A stretch of DNA of 64,000 nucleotides, from positions 37,920,001 through 37,984,000 of the forward strand of contig CP068257.2 in the NCBI GenBank assembly GCA_009914755.4. The letters are read 5' to 3'. The translations under genes were made by a program, and so were the position numbers. The notes below the pieces were generated by a model. The model searched no databases. It was not told the DNA's origin and was given only the letters and a program-made list of their open reading frames with translations. The stretch's first letter is position 1. Every line of letters starts with the position of its first letter. Below, in pieces: positions 1-12,616 of this stretch. This DNA is from the human T2T-CHM13v2.0 reference genome, Homo sapiens.

Positions 1-623
1 TTGCTGGTAAGCCACTAATTAATTGTCACCTGTGGAAATTTAGACGAATTTTCTAGCTTTTTATGTGTTGTTGACTCACAATAAACAACACTTCCACAAA
101 ATCTATGGGCTTTTCTGGAGGCCTTTTCTTGAGCGATGGGACTCTTGTTGAAAAGGAACTTTGAGGGGTTCAGCGTTCTTTACAATTTCCTATCAATTCA
201 TCTCCTCCAGGTGGGGAGGCCTGTAGAAGAGAGTTGTGAACAGAGTGCTGTGTGGCACCCAACACCATAGATATGGCAGGGTGGACTGGAAATGGGGTCG
301 ATGCACAGCTGGGATGCTCTGGTTTGTCCACAGTGATTCCCACAATATTGAAATGCTTTTGTTTCTGTAGGTAAACAGCAGGCTGCCCTGGCTCCTCCCC
401 TAGAGCTCTCTCCTCTCCAACATCTTATGCTCCAGCAATGAAAGCGTTGGCACCCATCTCCGCAGGGGGCCTCTGGACCCTGTGCCAATGCCCTGGCCAC
501 CGTCCATTCTCACTGCTTGGTCCCATGACACCAAATTGTTAAATAGTTGGCTATTGACCTCTTGGCTAAAAGTTATTTTCAAAACAGAAATGTACAGGCA
601 ACAGGCCAATCACATTCTTAATT

Positions 624-1319
624 TGTAACCACCCAAGGGGTTCACCTTGCCCACTGCCTAGAGAGCCGATTCATCAAGACAGGGGAATTGCAATAGAGAA
701 AGAGTAATTCACAGAGAGCCGGCTGTGCGGGAGACCAGAGCTTTATTATTACTCAAATCAGTCTCCCCGAGCATTCGGGGAGCAGAATTTTTAAGGATAA
801 CTTGGTGGGCGGGGGGAAGCCAGTGAACTAGGAATGCTGATTGGTCAGGGAGGAAATCACAAGGCGTCGGAGCTGTCTTCTGGCGCTGAGTCAGTTCCTG
901 AGTGGGAGCCACAAGATAAGGTGAGCCAGTTGATCGATCTGGGTGGTGCCAGCTGATCCATCCAGTGCAGGGTCTGCAAAGTATCTCAAGCCCTGATCGT
1001 AGGAGCAGTTTGGGGAGGGTCAGAATCTTGTAGCCTCCAGCTGCATGACTCCTAAACCTTAATTTCTAATTTTGTGGCTAATGTTGGTCCTACAAAGGCA
1101 ATCTAGTCCCCAGGCAAGAAGGAGGTCTGCTTTGGGAAAGGGCTGTTGCCATCTTTGTTTAAACTATAAACTATAAACTGTAAACTAAGTTTCTCCCAAA
1201 GTTAGTTCAGCCTATGCCCAGGAATGAACAAGGACAGCTTGGAGGTGAGAAGCAAGATGAGGCCCGTTAAGTTAGATCTCTTTCACTGGCTCAGTCATCG
1301 TTTTGCAAAGGCAGCTTCA
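624..1319 (+). repeat. Unclassified LTR-like interspersed repeat, copy A (about 696 bp, TG...CA termini); paralogue of 44027-44724 in inverted orientation
   Basis: Begins tgtaaccacccaa and ends ggcagcttca. About 75-80% identical by eye to the reverse complement of 44027-44724. Shared blocks: gagccggctgtgcgggagacc, gctgattggtcagg, ctgcaaagtatctcaagccctgatcgtagg, agttagttcagcctatgcccaggaatgaacaaggacagctt. Confidence 0.5.
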
Positions 1320-1460
1320 ATCTCACTTTCCATTATTCTTATCTCACTCTTCATTGGAGTAGTCCTCCCTTATTTGTGGTTTCACTTTCCATGGTTTCTG
1401 TTACCTGCAATAAATGGAGGTCTGAAAATGGGTGAGTGTAGCGCAGTAAGATATCTTGAG

Positions 1461-1759
1461 GGTGGGCACAATGGCTCATGCCTGCAATCCCAGCACTTTG
1501 GGAGGCTGAGGCGGGAGGATTGCTTGAGTATAGGAGTTTGAGACCAGCAGGGCAACATAGTGACATTTCTCCACAAAAAATAAATTTTAAAAAATTAGCT
1601 GGGTGTGATGATGCATTCTTGTAGTCCCAGCTACTCGGAAAACCGAGGTGGGATGATCACTGGAGCTCAGAAAGTCAAGGCGTCAGTGAACTATGATCGC
1701 AGGACTGCGCTCCAGCCTGGGCAACAGAGCAAGACCCTGTCTCTCTTAAAAAAAAAAAA
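1461..1759 (+). mobile_element. Alu SINE (older AluJ/Sx-like), poly(A) tail, followed by (GA)n
   Basis: ggtgggcacaatggctcatgcctgcaatcccagcactttgggaggctgaggcgggagg ... ccagcctgggcaacagagcaagaccctgtctc plus A-run. Confidence 0.9.
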
Positions 1760-1768
1760 GATATTTTG

Positions 1769-1787
1769 AGAGAGAGAGAGAGAGAGA
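1769..1787. repeat. (GA)n microsatellite
   Basis: gagagagagagagagagag directly after the Alu tail. Confidence 0.8.
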
Positions 1788-2664
1788 CTGCATTCGCATA
1801 AATTTTATTGCAGTATATTGTTATAATTGCTTTATTTTTTTATGAGTAATTGTTGTTAATCTCTTGTGCCTAACTTATAAATTAAACTTTATCACAGGTA
1901 TGTATAGATAGGAGAAAACAGAATATACAGGGTTCAGTACTATCCAAGGTTTCAAGTATCCACTGGGTGTTTTGGAACATATCCCCTTTGGATAAGGGGG
2001 ATCACCGTATGACAAAAGCCATTGTTTTTTGTTTTGATTCTGATCTTTCTGATTCCTACATATACTTTAAGCACAAACAATTTGGTTAAAGTCTATTTCC
2101 AAGTTTCTGTGGTGTAGAGGAGGAAAATTTTAGTTTCCCTCTGCTCTTCACAGTTATTATTTGGGATGGACTCCTGTAACAAAAGACAGATTAACAAGAG
2201 AAAGACAAATGGAAGTTTATTAACATGCATGCCTCCTGTGTATGTGATAGATACCCAGAGAGATGAGTCAGTCTCAAAGAGGAGACTTTGAATTCAGGCT
2301 TAAATATTTAATACCATCTTCAGCTGTCACAAAGAAAGGTGTTGCTGGCAGGTGTGGGGAGGTAACCAGGAAAAGCAGTCAAAAAGGGTAAGGTTTGTTA
2401 TGCAGATTCGAGTCATCCTTGTCTTCCTGGTACAGAGGGGGAGGCACCCTCATAAATGGAGGGCTCCTTTACAGAAGTAAATTTCCCTTACAAAAGGGTA
2501 ACTGCCTCTGTGTTCTCAGGGCTTCTTCTGTGTCAGCAGTTTCTCAAGATAATCCTTATGCCCAAAAGGCATATTTTGGTGGGGGCAGGTTGTGGTCTCC
2601 TACACTGGTCATGCCAAAGCACTGGCAAACATTATAGTGTAGCAGTTATGAGCATGGATTTTAG

Positions 2665-2845
2665 GATCTGACAAGCTTCAATTTTGATTTCTGGCTCTGT
2701 TACTTCCTAGCATGGTGATCTTTGACAAGTTATGGCAAGTCATACAACTTTTGTAATGCCTCAGTTTTCTCACCTGTAAAATGAATATGATAATATCTAC
2801 TTCATAATTATTAGAGATTGTTAGCAGCAGTGAATCCTTATGGGT
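2665..2845 (+). mobile_element. MIR SINE fragment
   Basis: ctggctctgttacttcctagc ... gcctcagttttctcacctgtaaaatgaatatgataatatctac ... attagagattgttagcagcagtgaatc matches the MIR core (cctcagtttcctcatctgtaaaatgggg...gttgttgtgaggattaaatgag). Confidence 0.65.
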
Positions 2846-3974
2846 CTGCAGCAAACTCAATTCTTGCTTCCTCAGAAGAAAGAATTTGACGGAAGGACAT
2901 AAGGCAGAGGGAGAGACCGAGGCAAGTCTTAGAGTAGGAGTGAAAGCTTATGAAAAATTTTTAGGGGAAGAATGAAAGGAAGTGAAGTGTCCTTGGAAGA
3001 GGGCCAAGTGGGAGAGACAAGAGCACTGTTTGACTTTTGACTTGGGGTTTCACATGCTGGCTTGCTTCTGGTGTCTTGCTTCTCTTCTTTCCTTATTCTT
3101 CCCTTGGGGTGGGCTGTCCACCTGTGCTGTGACCTGCCAGCACTTGGGAGGGGCTGCGTGTACAGTGTTTACTGGAGTTGTATGCATGCTCACTTGAGGC
3201 ATTCTTCCCTTACCAGCCAAGTGTTCCTAGAGGAAGATCATGTGCCACTTAACGCCGCCATTTTGCCTTCTAGTGCGCATGCTTGAGCCCACTCGTCCAA
3301 CTCCTGAGATCTTCTCCAGAAGCTGCTGATTACCAGTTTCAGGTTTTTTCTTTCTACTGGGAGACTGCCTTTCCCTGGCGCTAGCTATTGTTTTAGTGCT
3401 TAACAACCGCCTGGCCATCAACTTATGGTTGCCTGACATTCCTGGTGTGATGGGGCCCTCTTCTGCCCTGCTCATGTCTGCCCGACTACCTACTGCAATA
3501 AGATCACGGAGGGGATGGGTGCAAAGACCTTGCCCCAAGTGCTCCCTGCATGCTGGCTGTGTTACACATTTCAGGGGAATTTTTATAGATTCATTCAATG
3601 CTGAGTGTTACTTTCTTCAGATATTGGAAGCTGTAACTGTTAATTCCAAAAGAGCTGCTTCTTTTGCTTTAAAGTGACTTCATTTTGCATGAGTTGATTT
3701 CAGCTCCATGCCTGTCTTCTTTTTTTGAATGGAGAACTTCTTTCCCAAAGAAGCAGTTGATTTTAAATAACAGAAAAAACAACTTGTAAAGGTGAAGAAA
3801 CAAACTTAAGGCTTGAGTTTTGAACTTAGGGTTTCAACTTCCTTTGCCTATAAGTAGGAAGGATGGAGATGGCCACTATGTACCTTGCATATAAAATCAG
3901 TTGAACAGAAAAAAGTGCAGCTTTTCTGGGCAGAAGAAACAGCGATCATCTTGGGGACAAGATCTTTGTTCCCA

Positions 3975-6232
3975 AACTGGGAACAAAAAGAGGTTTAATT
4001 GGACTTACAGCTCCACACGGCTGTAGAGGCCACAAGGCTTCAGAATCATGGTGGGAGGCGAAAGGCACTCCTTACATGGCGGTGGCAAAAGAAAAATGAG
4101 GAAGAAGCAAAAACGGAAACCCCTGATAACCCCATCAGATTTCATGAGACTTATTCACTTTCAAAAGAATAGTACAAGAAAGACTAGTCCCCATGATTCA
4201 ATTACCTCCCCCTGGGTCACTTCCACAACACGTGGGAATTCTGAGAGATACAATTCAAGTTGAGATTTGGGTGGGGACTCAGCCAAACCATATCATTCCG
4301 GAAGACCATGGCCCCTCCAAATCTCATGTCCTCACATTTCAAAACAAATCATGCCTTCCCAACAGTCCCCTAAAGTCTTAACTCATTTCAGCATTAACCT
4401 AAAAGTTCATAGTCCAAAGTTTCATCTGAGGCAAGACAAGTCCCTTCCACCTATGAGCTTGTAAAATCAAAAGCAAGCTAGTTACTTCCTAGATACGATG
4501 GGGATACAGGCATTTGGTAAATACAGCCATTCCAAATGGGAGAAATTGAGCAAAACAAAGGGGTTACAGGGCCCATGCGAGTCTGAAATCCAGCTGGGCA
4601 GTCAAATTTTAAAGCTCCAAAATGACTGCCTTTGACTCCAGGTCTCACATCCAGGTCACACTGATGCAAAAGGTGAGTTCCCACGGTCTTGGGCAGCTCT
4701 GCCCCTGTGGCTTTGCAGGCTATAGGCTCCCTCCTGGTTGCTTTCACGGGCTGGCGTTGAGTGTCTGTGGCTTTTCCAGGTGAACGCTGCAAGCTGCCAG
4801 TGGATCTACCATTCCAGGGTCTGGAGGACGGTGGCCCTCTTCTCACAGCTCCACTAGGCAGTGCCCCAGTAGGGACTCTGTGTGGGGGCTCTGATCCCAC
4901 ATTTCTCTTCTGCACTGCTCTAGCAGATGTTCTCCATGAGGGCCCTGCACCTGCAGCAAACTTTTGCCTGAGCATCCAGGTGTTTCCATACATCTTCTGA
5001 AATCTAGGTGGAAGTTCCCAAACCTCAATTCTTGACTTCTGTGCACCTGCAGGCTCAACAGCACGTGGAAGCTGCCAAGGCTTGGGGCTTTCACCCTCTG
5101 AAACCACAGCCTGAGCTGTACGTTGGCCCCTTTCAGCCACAGCTGGAGCAGTGGGACATGGCACCAAATCCCTAGGCTGCACACAGCATGGGGACCCTGG
5201 CGCCAGCCCACAAAACCGCTTTTTCCCCCTGGGCCTCTGGGCCTGTGATGGGAGGGGCTGTCGTGAAGGTCTCTGAAATGGCCTGGAGACATTTTCCCCA
5301 TGGTCTTGGGGATTAACATTAGGCTCCTTGCTGTTTATGCAAATTTCTGAAGCCAGCTTGAATTTCTCCTCAAAAAATGGGTTTTTCTTTTCTATTGCAT
5401 CGTCAGACTGCAAATTTTCTAAACTTTTATGCTCTCCTTCCCTTACAAAACTGAATGCCTTTAACAGTACCCAAATCACCTCTTGAATGCTTTGCTGCTT
5501 AGAAATTTCTTCTGCCAGATACCCTCAAACGTCTTTCTCAAGTTTAAAGTTCCACAAATCTCTAGGGCAGGGGCAAAATGATGCCAGTCTGTTTGCTAAA
5601 ACATAACAAGAGTCACCTTTACTCCAGTTTCCAACAAGTTCCTCATCTCCATCTGAGACCACCTCAGCCTGGAGACCACTTTATTGTCCATATCACTATC
5701 AGCATTTTGGGCAAAGCCATTCAACAAGTCTCTAGAAAGTTCCAAACTTTCCCAAATGTTCCTGTCTTCTTCTGAGCCCTCCAAACTGTTCCAATCTCTG
5801 CCTGTTACCCAGTTCCAAAGTTGCTTCCACAATTTCGAGTATCTTTTCAGCAATGCCCAACTCCCGGTACCAACTTACTGTATTAGTTCATTTTAACACT
5901 GCTGAGAAAGACATACCTGAAACTGGGAACAAAAAGAGTTTATTTGGACTTAAAGTTCCACATGGCTGGGGAGGCCTCAGAATCATGGCGGGAGACGAAA
6001 GGCACTTCTTACATGGCGGTGGCAAGAGAAAAATGAGGAAGAAGCAAAAGTGGAAACCCCTGATAAACTCATCAGATCTTGTGAGACTTACTCACTATCA
6101 TGAAAATAGCACGGGAAAGACCGGCCCCCACAATTCAACTACCTCCCTCTGGGTCCCTCCCACAATATGTGGGAATTCTGGGAGACACAATTCAAGTTGA
6201 GATTTGGGTGTGGACACAACCAAACCATATTA
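3975..6232 (-). mobile_element. Full-length THE1-type MaLR retrotransposon (LTR-internal-LTR); LTRs at 3975-4295 (5'-most ~50 bp of the LTR consensus missing) and 5879-6232; internal region 4296-5878
   Basis: Both LTRs read as the reverse complement of the THE1 consensus (tgatatggtttggctgtgtccccacccaaatctcatcttgaattgta...ggactaataca), ending ...gagatttgggtggggac.cagccaaaccatatca at 4295 and 6232. The ~1.58 kb between them fits the THE1 internal region. Confidence 0.8.
4478..5479 (-). other. Intact 333-codon ORF inside the THE1 internal region, on the element's sense strand; TE-derived, not a validated host gene
   Basis: ORF track 4478..5479 (-), 333 aa, no stop. Lies wholly inside 4296-5878 and shares the element's orientation. 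Confidence 0.3.
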
Positions 6233-6240
6233 GGGCTTAA

Positions 6241-6644
<404 letters not shown>

Positions 6645-7436
6645 AAGATTGTATCTTTTCAATTGAAAGAACATACACAGCTTAAGGACAAAAGCGATAA
6701 CAACCTTCACTCTAAAACTGCCAGGGTGTAAAGATGAAAAGATAGGCTTTGCAGTGTGTGCATGCATGTCTGTGAACAGATATTTGTGCATGTGTATTTG
6801 AGGAAGATAATAGCACCAAGAAGATGGAAACACTGAGCAGGAAAAGGAGCTTTGGGAATCCCCAGGTTAAATGCACACTTCTCACTATGGCAGTTTGTTG
6901 AGCCACTTGGTTCCTCCTTTAATCACACATTGATGCAAAGAAAAATGTTTAGAGAGGGTGGATATAGTTTGCTAAAAGATTGTGATTATTTTCCTATAGA
7001 AGTGCTTCCTTTGTGGACATTGTCGAGGCCAAGAGAAATAACTTCCCTTTCACCCTCTGAAGTTTCCCTGAAAATCATGACAATAGGCTGATTGATAGGA
7101 GAAAAGGCACACACATGCATTTGATCATAGTTTTACGTGACACAGGAGACTTCAGAATGAACAACCAAAGAGGGAAACTGTCCATTTTTATGCTTAGGTT
7201 CAACAGAGTATGGACAGCTGTGTAGAGATATGATTGGATGAAAGGGGTAAGACCTAATGCTGATAGGCTGGGAGGGGAAATCCGGCAAGGCCTGTCTGTC
7301 TAGATTCTTCTTGGCTTCTCTGAGCAACATCCCTTCCTTCTGGGTATGGGAAGGACCCTCTCTGGAACAGAAGCCTTATGACATACAATCAAACAACGTA
7401 GGTCTGATCATTTCTTAAAAAAATTTTTTTTAAAAT

Positions 7437-7560
7437 AAAAATGGAGATGGGGTTTCACCATGTTGCCCAGTCTGGTCTCAAACTCCTAAGCTCAAGTCAT
7501 CTGTCTGCCTCAGCCTCCTAAAGTGCTGGGATTACAGGCATGAGTCACCATTCACGGCCT
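7437..7560 (-). mobile_element. Partial Alu (left monomer, FLAM-like)
   Basis: atggagatggggtttcaccatgttgcccagtctggtctcaaactcctaagctcaagtcatctgtctgcctcagcctcctaaagtgctgggattacaggcatgagtcaccat. Confidence 0.6.
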
Positions 7561-7954
7561 TGATAATTTCTTTATGGCTAGTTTTTACACAGAAAGGTGG
7601 AGGAAAAGTTAGAGCAATATTTTTTGGTTTATAGCTGGCTTTGGGGAAAACGGATTCTGGTTTCTATGCCTAGCCTCAGGGAAACGTGAGATGGATAACA
7701 TGAGGGCAGGAGAAGGTCAGACGAAAACTTTTGCTTCCAAGGTCTTTGTTTTGAGTATCATTTTCTGAATCCCAACATTCCCTGGTCTGAAACTTTCCCA
7801 AGAAGTTTCACAGTCCAGAAATTGGATTGGTGGATTGTCTTATAAGTTATTGAGCCAGGATCTCAGTCCCAAAAATGGATCTCATTTCAGGCTTCCACTA
7901 AGGTCAGGCCTCTATATGATTTGAGCAATCATATATTTAATAAGAGGCATTTCT

Positions 7955-8288
<334 letters not shown>

Positions 8289-8696
8289 TTAATGGTTAGG
8301 GCAAACTATAAACTCAGTTTTTTGAGTCTAGAGGGCAGCCAGTTGAGAAGAATTGTAGGTGCTGGGCTCAAAGCACCTGCAGATAAAGAGAGCAAACAGT
8401 GAGAATCTGACAGTTTTCCTGGTTTGCAGTTTGCATCAGGCATTCCAGTGAACTTTCTGTGTAATCTATACATCGACAGGCATGAAGGCTGTTTGTCTAT
8501 TACGTTGCTGTAGTGCTTTATCCCAACATTTATATAAAATTGTCTAGTTTCAGCTTGCAGGACTTTAAAAAAAGTGCAGTTTTAATTTCTAGTGTTCCAA
8601 GTCAGTAAAATGGGAGAAAAACGTGGAAGGAAATGTTAGTTTGGAGACTTGTTGCAAGGAAAGAATTCAGGATTCAGTCCAAACTGTAGGAAAATC

Positions 8697-8990
8697 AGCC
8701 AGGCATGGTGGCTTATGCCTGCAATCTCAGCACTTTGGAGGCTGAGGTGGATGGATCACCTGAGGTCAGGAGTTTGAGACCAGCCTGGGTAACATGGTAA
8801 AATCCTGTCTCTACAAAAAATACAAAAATTAGCTGGGTGTGGTTGCAGATGCCTGTAATCCCAGCTACTCAGGAGGTTGAGGCAGGAGAATCACTTGAAC
8901 CCAGGAGGTGGAAGTTGCAGCGGGTTGAGATTGCATCACTGCACTCCAGCCCAGGTGAGAGAGCAAGGCTCCATCTCAAAAAACAAAGCA
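8697..8990 (+). mobile_element. Alu SINE
   Basis: agccaggcatggtggcttatgcctgcaatctcagcactttggaggctgaggtggatggatcacctgaggtcaggagtttgagaccagcctgg ... cactgcactccagcccaggtgagagagcaaggctccatctcaaaaaa. Confidence 0.9.
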
Positions 8991-9823
8991 AAACAAAACA
9001 ATAAAAACCACCCCAATGGTCAGGACTAAAATCTAGTAACAGGTATACTATAGCTTTCTTCTGAAGCATAATTTTTCTCTCTCTAATCCCCCATTTCCGC
9101 CAAAAATAAATCATAGTAGGACCAATTTATTTGCAAAATAAGTTTTAGTCTTATTATCCTTGGCCTAATTATTTGCATGAAGTACAGCAAGAATAGTGAT
9201 TGTCGTATAAGCTCTTTTTAAGCTTGCTTTGCTAGACCATTTTCATGAGGAATCTCTGATTAGACTTTCAAAAATCTTTTGAGGCTAGGAAGCCAAGCCA
9301 AGGATTCACCCTCTGGTTGTGCTTGTATCACCTGAATGAATTGGGTGATTTCTGTCTTCTTAAGGTCCTCCAAATATCTTGACGCTCCTAGTCCTGTCAG
9401 AAAGTGACATTCTTTACTTACCATAAGGTCAGAAACACTGTAAGGGACCTGTGCAGACAAGGTACCAGGCCAGTCTTTTTCTAAGGCTATTGGCTTATAA
9501 AGTTGACCTCAATCCCTCAAAGCAATCTGGTCCCCTTTGAAAATACGACATTCCAGTCAAAGCCTTGATAAAATAACCAGTGTTTCCAATGTTTCCTGTT
9601 ACAAAAAGAAAAGAGATTCTTATAAAACTTATACAAAAAAACATATTGCCATAAAATGAGAATACTAATGAATAGTTTTGAAATTTTGGAGAATTCAAGT
9701 AGACAGAATGTATTTTAATTTTGCTTACAAAAGTATACTTTACCAAATTGCTGTAAACCATAAATAGCTCCAAAAAAGTTTCCTTGACTCTGGAAAACAA
9801 AATATAAAAATAATCAATGTTTC

Positions 9824-10177
9824 TGATATGGTTTGGCTGTGTCCCCATTCAAATCTCAGCTTGAATTGTATCTCCCAGAATTCCCACCTGTTGTGGGAGG
9901 GACCCAGGGGGAGGTAATTGAATCATGGTGGCTGGTCTTTCCTGTGCTATTCTCCTCATAGTGAATAAGTCTCATGAGATCTGATGGGTTTATCAGGGGT
10001 TTCCACTTTTGCTTCTTCCTCATTTTCTCTTGCTGCTGCGATGTAAGAAGTGCCTTTCACCTCCCGCCATGATTCTGAGGTCTCCCCAGCCATGTGGAAT
10101 TGTAAGTCCAATTAAACCTCTTTTTCTTCCCAGTCTCAGGTATGTCTTTATCAGCAGCATGAAAATAAACTAATACA
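9824..10177 (+). mobile_element. THE1-type MaLR solo LTR
   Basis: tgatatggtttggctgtgtccccattcaaatctcagcttgaattgtatctcccagaattcccacctgttgtgggagggacccagggggaggtaattgaatcatggtgg ... ccagccatgtggaattgtaagtccaattaaacctctttttcttc ... aaataaactaataca. Confidence 0.8.
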
Positions 10178-10832
10178 GTTTCAAACAAAAAGTCATAAAA
10201 AATCATTTCAGTCCTCTATCAGTTCAGTCCCATGTAATAATTTTTCTTCTGCCTGATGGTGGGTTAGCAATCTTCATGAACTCATCAGTTTTAAAATTAG
10301 AGTTCTGAAGGTTTTACCTAATTCAGTGGTATGCTCTACAAAGTTATCAGAAACCTGGATTCAAGAGTACTCATCAGAGTCCAGGGTCATCTTCATAAAT
10401 TTCCTTGAAGACACAACACTAGGATTTGCAAAAAGGTTTTAGAGTAAAATCACCAGAATGAAGCAATTTACTGCATACACTAAGACCTATCAGAGTTTAG
10501 GAATCTCATACAATTTTGGAACACATTTGAATAACATATCCATACAAATACAATTCAAAGAATGTTAACTCAAAATCGTTTCTTATTTGCCAATGTTTCT
10601 AATGTAATTTTAAGATGCCAAGCTTGAAAAGCAGTTGGATTTCTTTACTTAATTTATAAGCACTCATTTGTTTATAAATCCATTTGGTACCATGCAGATA
10701 ATATGACATGAACTTATGTATGCATAAAAATACAGAGAAACATAAATCAAGATTTTATAGCTTATATTTTAAAATTTTAGCCATGAAATTTTAGTGTCCA
10801 TTTACAGAGTGCCATTTGAGGTACATTTAGTG

Positions 10833-11038
10833 CCATTTACAGAGGCACAATTTAATCCAACTGTCCTTCTAAACTGGTGAGTTTTACTAGACAAGTAAAG
10901 TTTTACTAGACTAGTAAAACTTTAACTAGTGAAAAAGTAAAGTTTTACTGTAAAAGTTTTACTAGTAAAGTTTTACTAGTCTAATAAAACTCACTAGTTT
11001 AGAAGGACAGTTGGATTAAATTGTACCTCTGTAAATGG
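10833..11038. repeat. Long near-perfect palindrome (arms about 58 bp, about 95% identical) around a core of tandem, self-complementary agtaaagttttactag units; MITE-like or cruciform-capable
   Basis: Left arm ccatttacagaggcacaatttaatccaactgtccttctaaactggtgagttttactag (10833-10890). Right arm ctagtctaataaaactcactagtttagaaggacagttggattaaattgtacctctgtaaatgg (about 10977-11038). Core contains ttttactagactagtaaaac (perfect palindrome) and repeated agtaaagttttactag. Confidence 0.5.
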
Positions 11039-11529
11039 AACAAGTTATGGCCAAAGGCCTTACCAAATTTTAGATAAAATGGTTGCATATTTGCACCTCA
11101 AAGCACAGAACAAGAATTTGAACGTTTAAAAAGGAGTTTGGGTGTTTTAAAGGGAGATTAAAAATGGATGCCAATGTAACACAAAATCATAGGAATTTGC
11201 CCTAGGATTTTATAAGGAGACCAATTTCATTTGGATAGGTAGCTTCTAATTTAATCTCCATTTTCCAACTAGACCACTGAGCTTAGGGTGAAGCCCACTA
11301 ACAAATAATGCCAACAAAGCATTTGTAATTTTCAGGGAATAATGCTTACATATGTGAAAAACAGGTGCCGCTGGAAGGTGGAACACCTAGATCCCCCAAA
11401 ATTAAGGATCTTAGTTTCACATTGAATTCCAGGTTCCCAAAAAAGGGACCTCTGGACCAGGCTGTGCAACACTTCCACAGCCCTTTCCTTAGTTCATAGA
11501 TGCCTGTCTTCTAACTGTGTCCTCATGTT

Positions 11530-11700
11530 AGGGGTGGGAGTGGTGAGGGAGCTCTCTGGGGTCTTTTATAAGGGCACTAATCCCATTCATGAGGGCTTCA
11601 CCCTCATGACCTAATTATCTCCCAAAGGCCTCACCTCCAAATAGCCTACATTGAGTATAGGTTTCAACATATTTTGGGGGGAAACAAGCATTCAGATAAT
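11530..11700 (-). mobile_element. MaLR LTR fragment (MLT1-type; family name tentative)
   Basis: gggcactaatcccattcatgagggcttcaccctcatgacctaattatctcccaaaggcctcacctccaaatagcctacattgagtataggtttcaacatattttgggggg. The same motif recurs at 39540-39700 and 53085-53230. Confidence 0.45.
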
Positions 11701-12224
11701 AGTGACATAGAACATATGAATATACATGTATTTGTTATGGTTGCTTTCCTCATGAGGCAAGTGGCATAACTGTATTCACTAGATTGAAATAGTTTTTAAA
11801 TAAAAAGGAATGATTTAATGAGGCCAAGAACATTTTAAGAACTTTAAAAAATATGAGTTCATTTTGAAATAATTACAGGGCTAAATTTGGACTGGTCTGA
11901 CTTTGAATGTCATGTTTGGCTCACTGTAGTATATTTGTTGTCTCAATGAATGTGTGTTTTTCATATTAAATAGAGTTGGTGGCAGAGCTGGGACTCAAAT
12001 ATGGATATTATGGCACTCAGTGGTCACACTTACGTGAGGCTGGATGCTCCAGCCCCTGTTGCGGAGAGAACTGGGAATTTCATCGGGTGCTGTTTCTCCA
12101 GTCTTGCCCATGTTCACTCCACTGCCGTCAGACACATCAACCTTATCATGCCACTCCACTGCTTGAAATACTTTGTCTCCTGCCTAGGGCTTTCAGCATA
12201 AAACACACTCTTTATATGGCCAAT

Positions 12225-12616
12225 ATATTAGTTCGTTCTCACACTGTTCTAAAGAACTACCTGAGACTGGGTAATTTATAAAGAGAAGAGGTTTAACTGA
12301 CTTGCAGTTCTGCAGGCTGTACAGGAAGCATGCTGGGAGGCCTCCGGAAACTTACAATCATGGTGGAAGGTGAAGGGGAAGCGAGCACGGTCTTCCCATG
12401 GTGGAGCAGGAGAGAGCAAGATTTGGGGAACGTGCTACACACTTGTAAACAACCAGATCTCATGAGAACTCTGTCAGGAGATAGTACTAAGCGGATGGTG
12501 CTAAACCACCACAAACCACCCCATGATCCAATCACCTCCCTCCAGGCCCCACCTCCAACACTCAGGATCACAATTCAACATGAGATTTCGGTGGGGACAC
12601 AGAGCCAAACCATATC
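12225..12616 (-). mobile_element. THE1/MST-type MaLR solo LTR
   Basis: Reverse-complement LTR: tattagttcgttctcacactgttctaaagaactacctgagactgggtaatttataaagagaagaggtttaactgacttgcagttctgcaggctg ... ccaatcacctccctccaggccccacctccaacactcaggatcacaattcaacatgagatttcggtggggacacagagccaaaccatatca. Confidence 0.75.

Noticed and set aside
4478-5479. Calling the 333-codon ORF a host protein-coding gene (CDS).
   Set aside because: It lies entirely inside a THE1 retrotransposon internal region. No homology, splice context or expression evidence is available to me, so it is reported as a TE-internal ORF of interest, not a gene.
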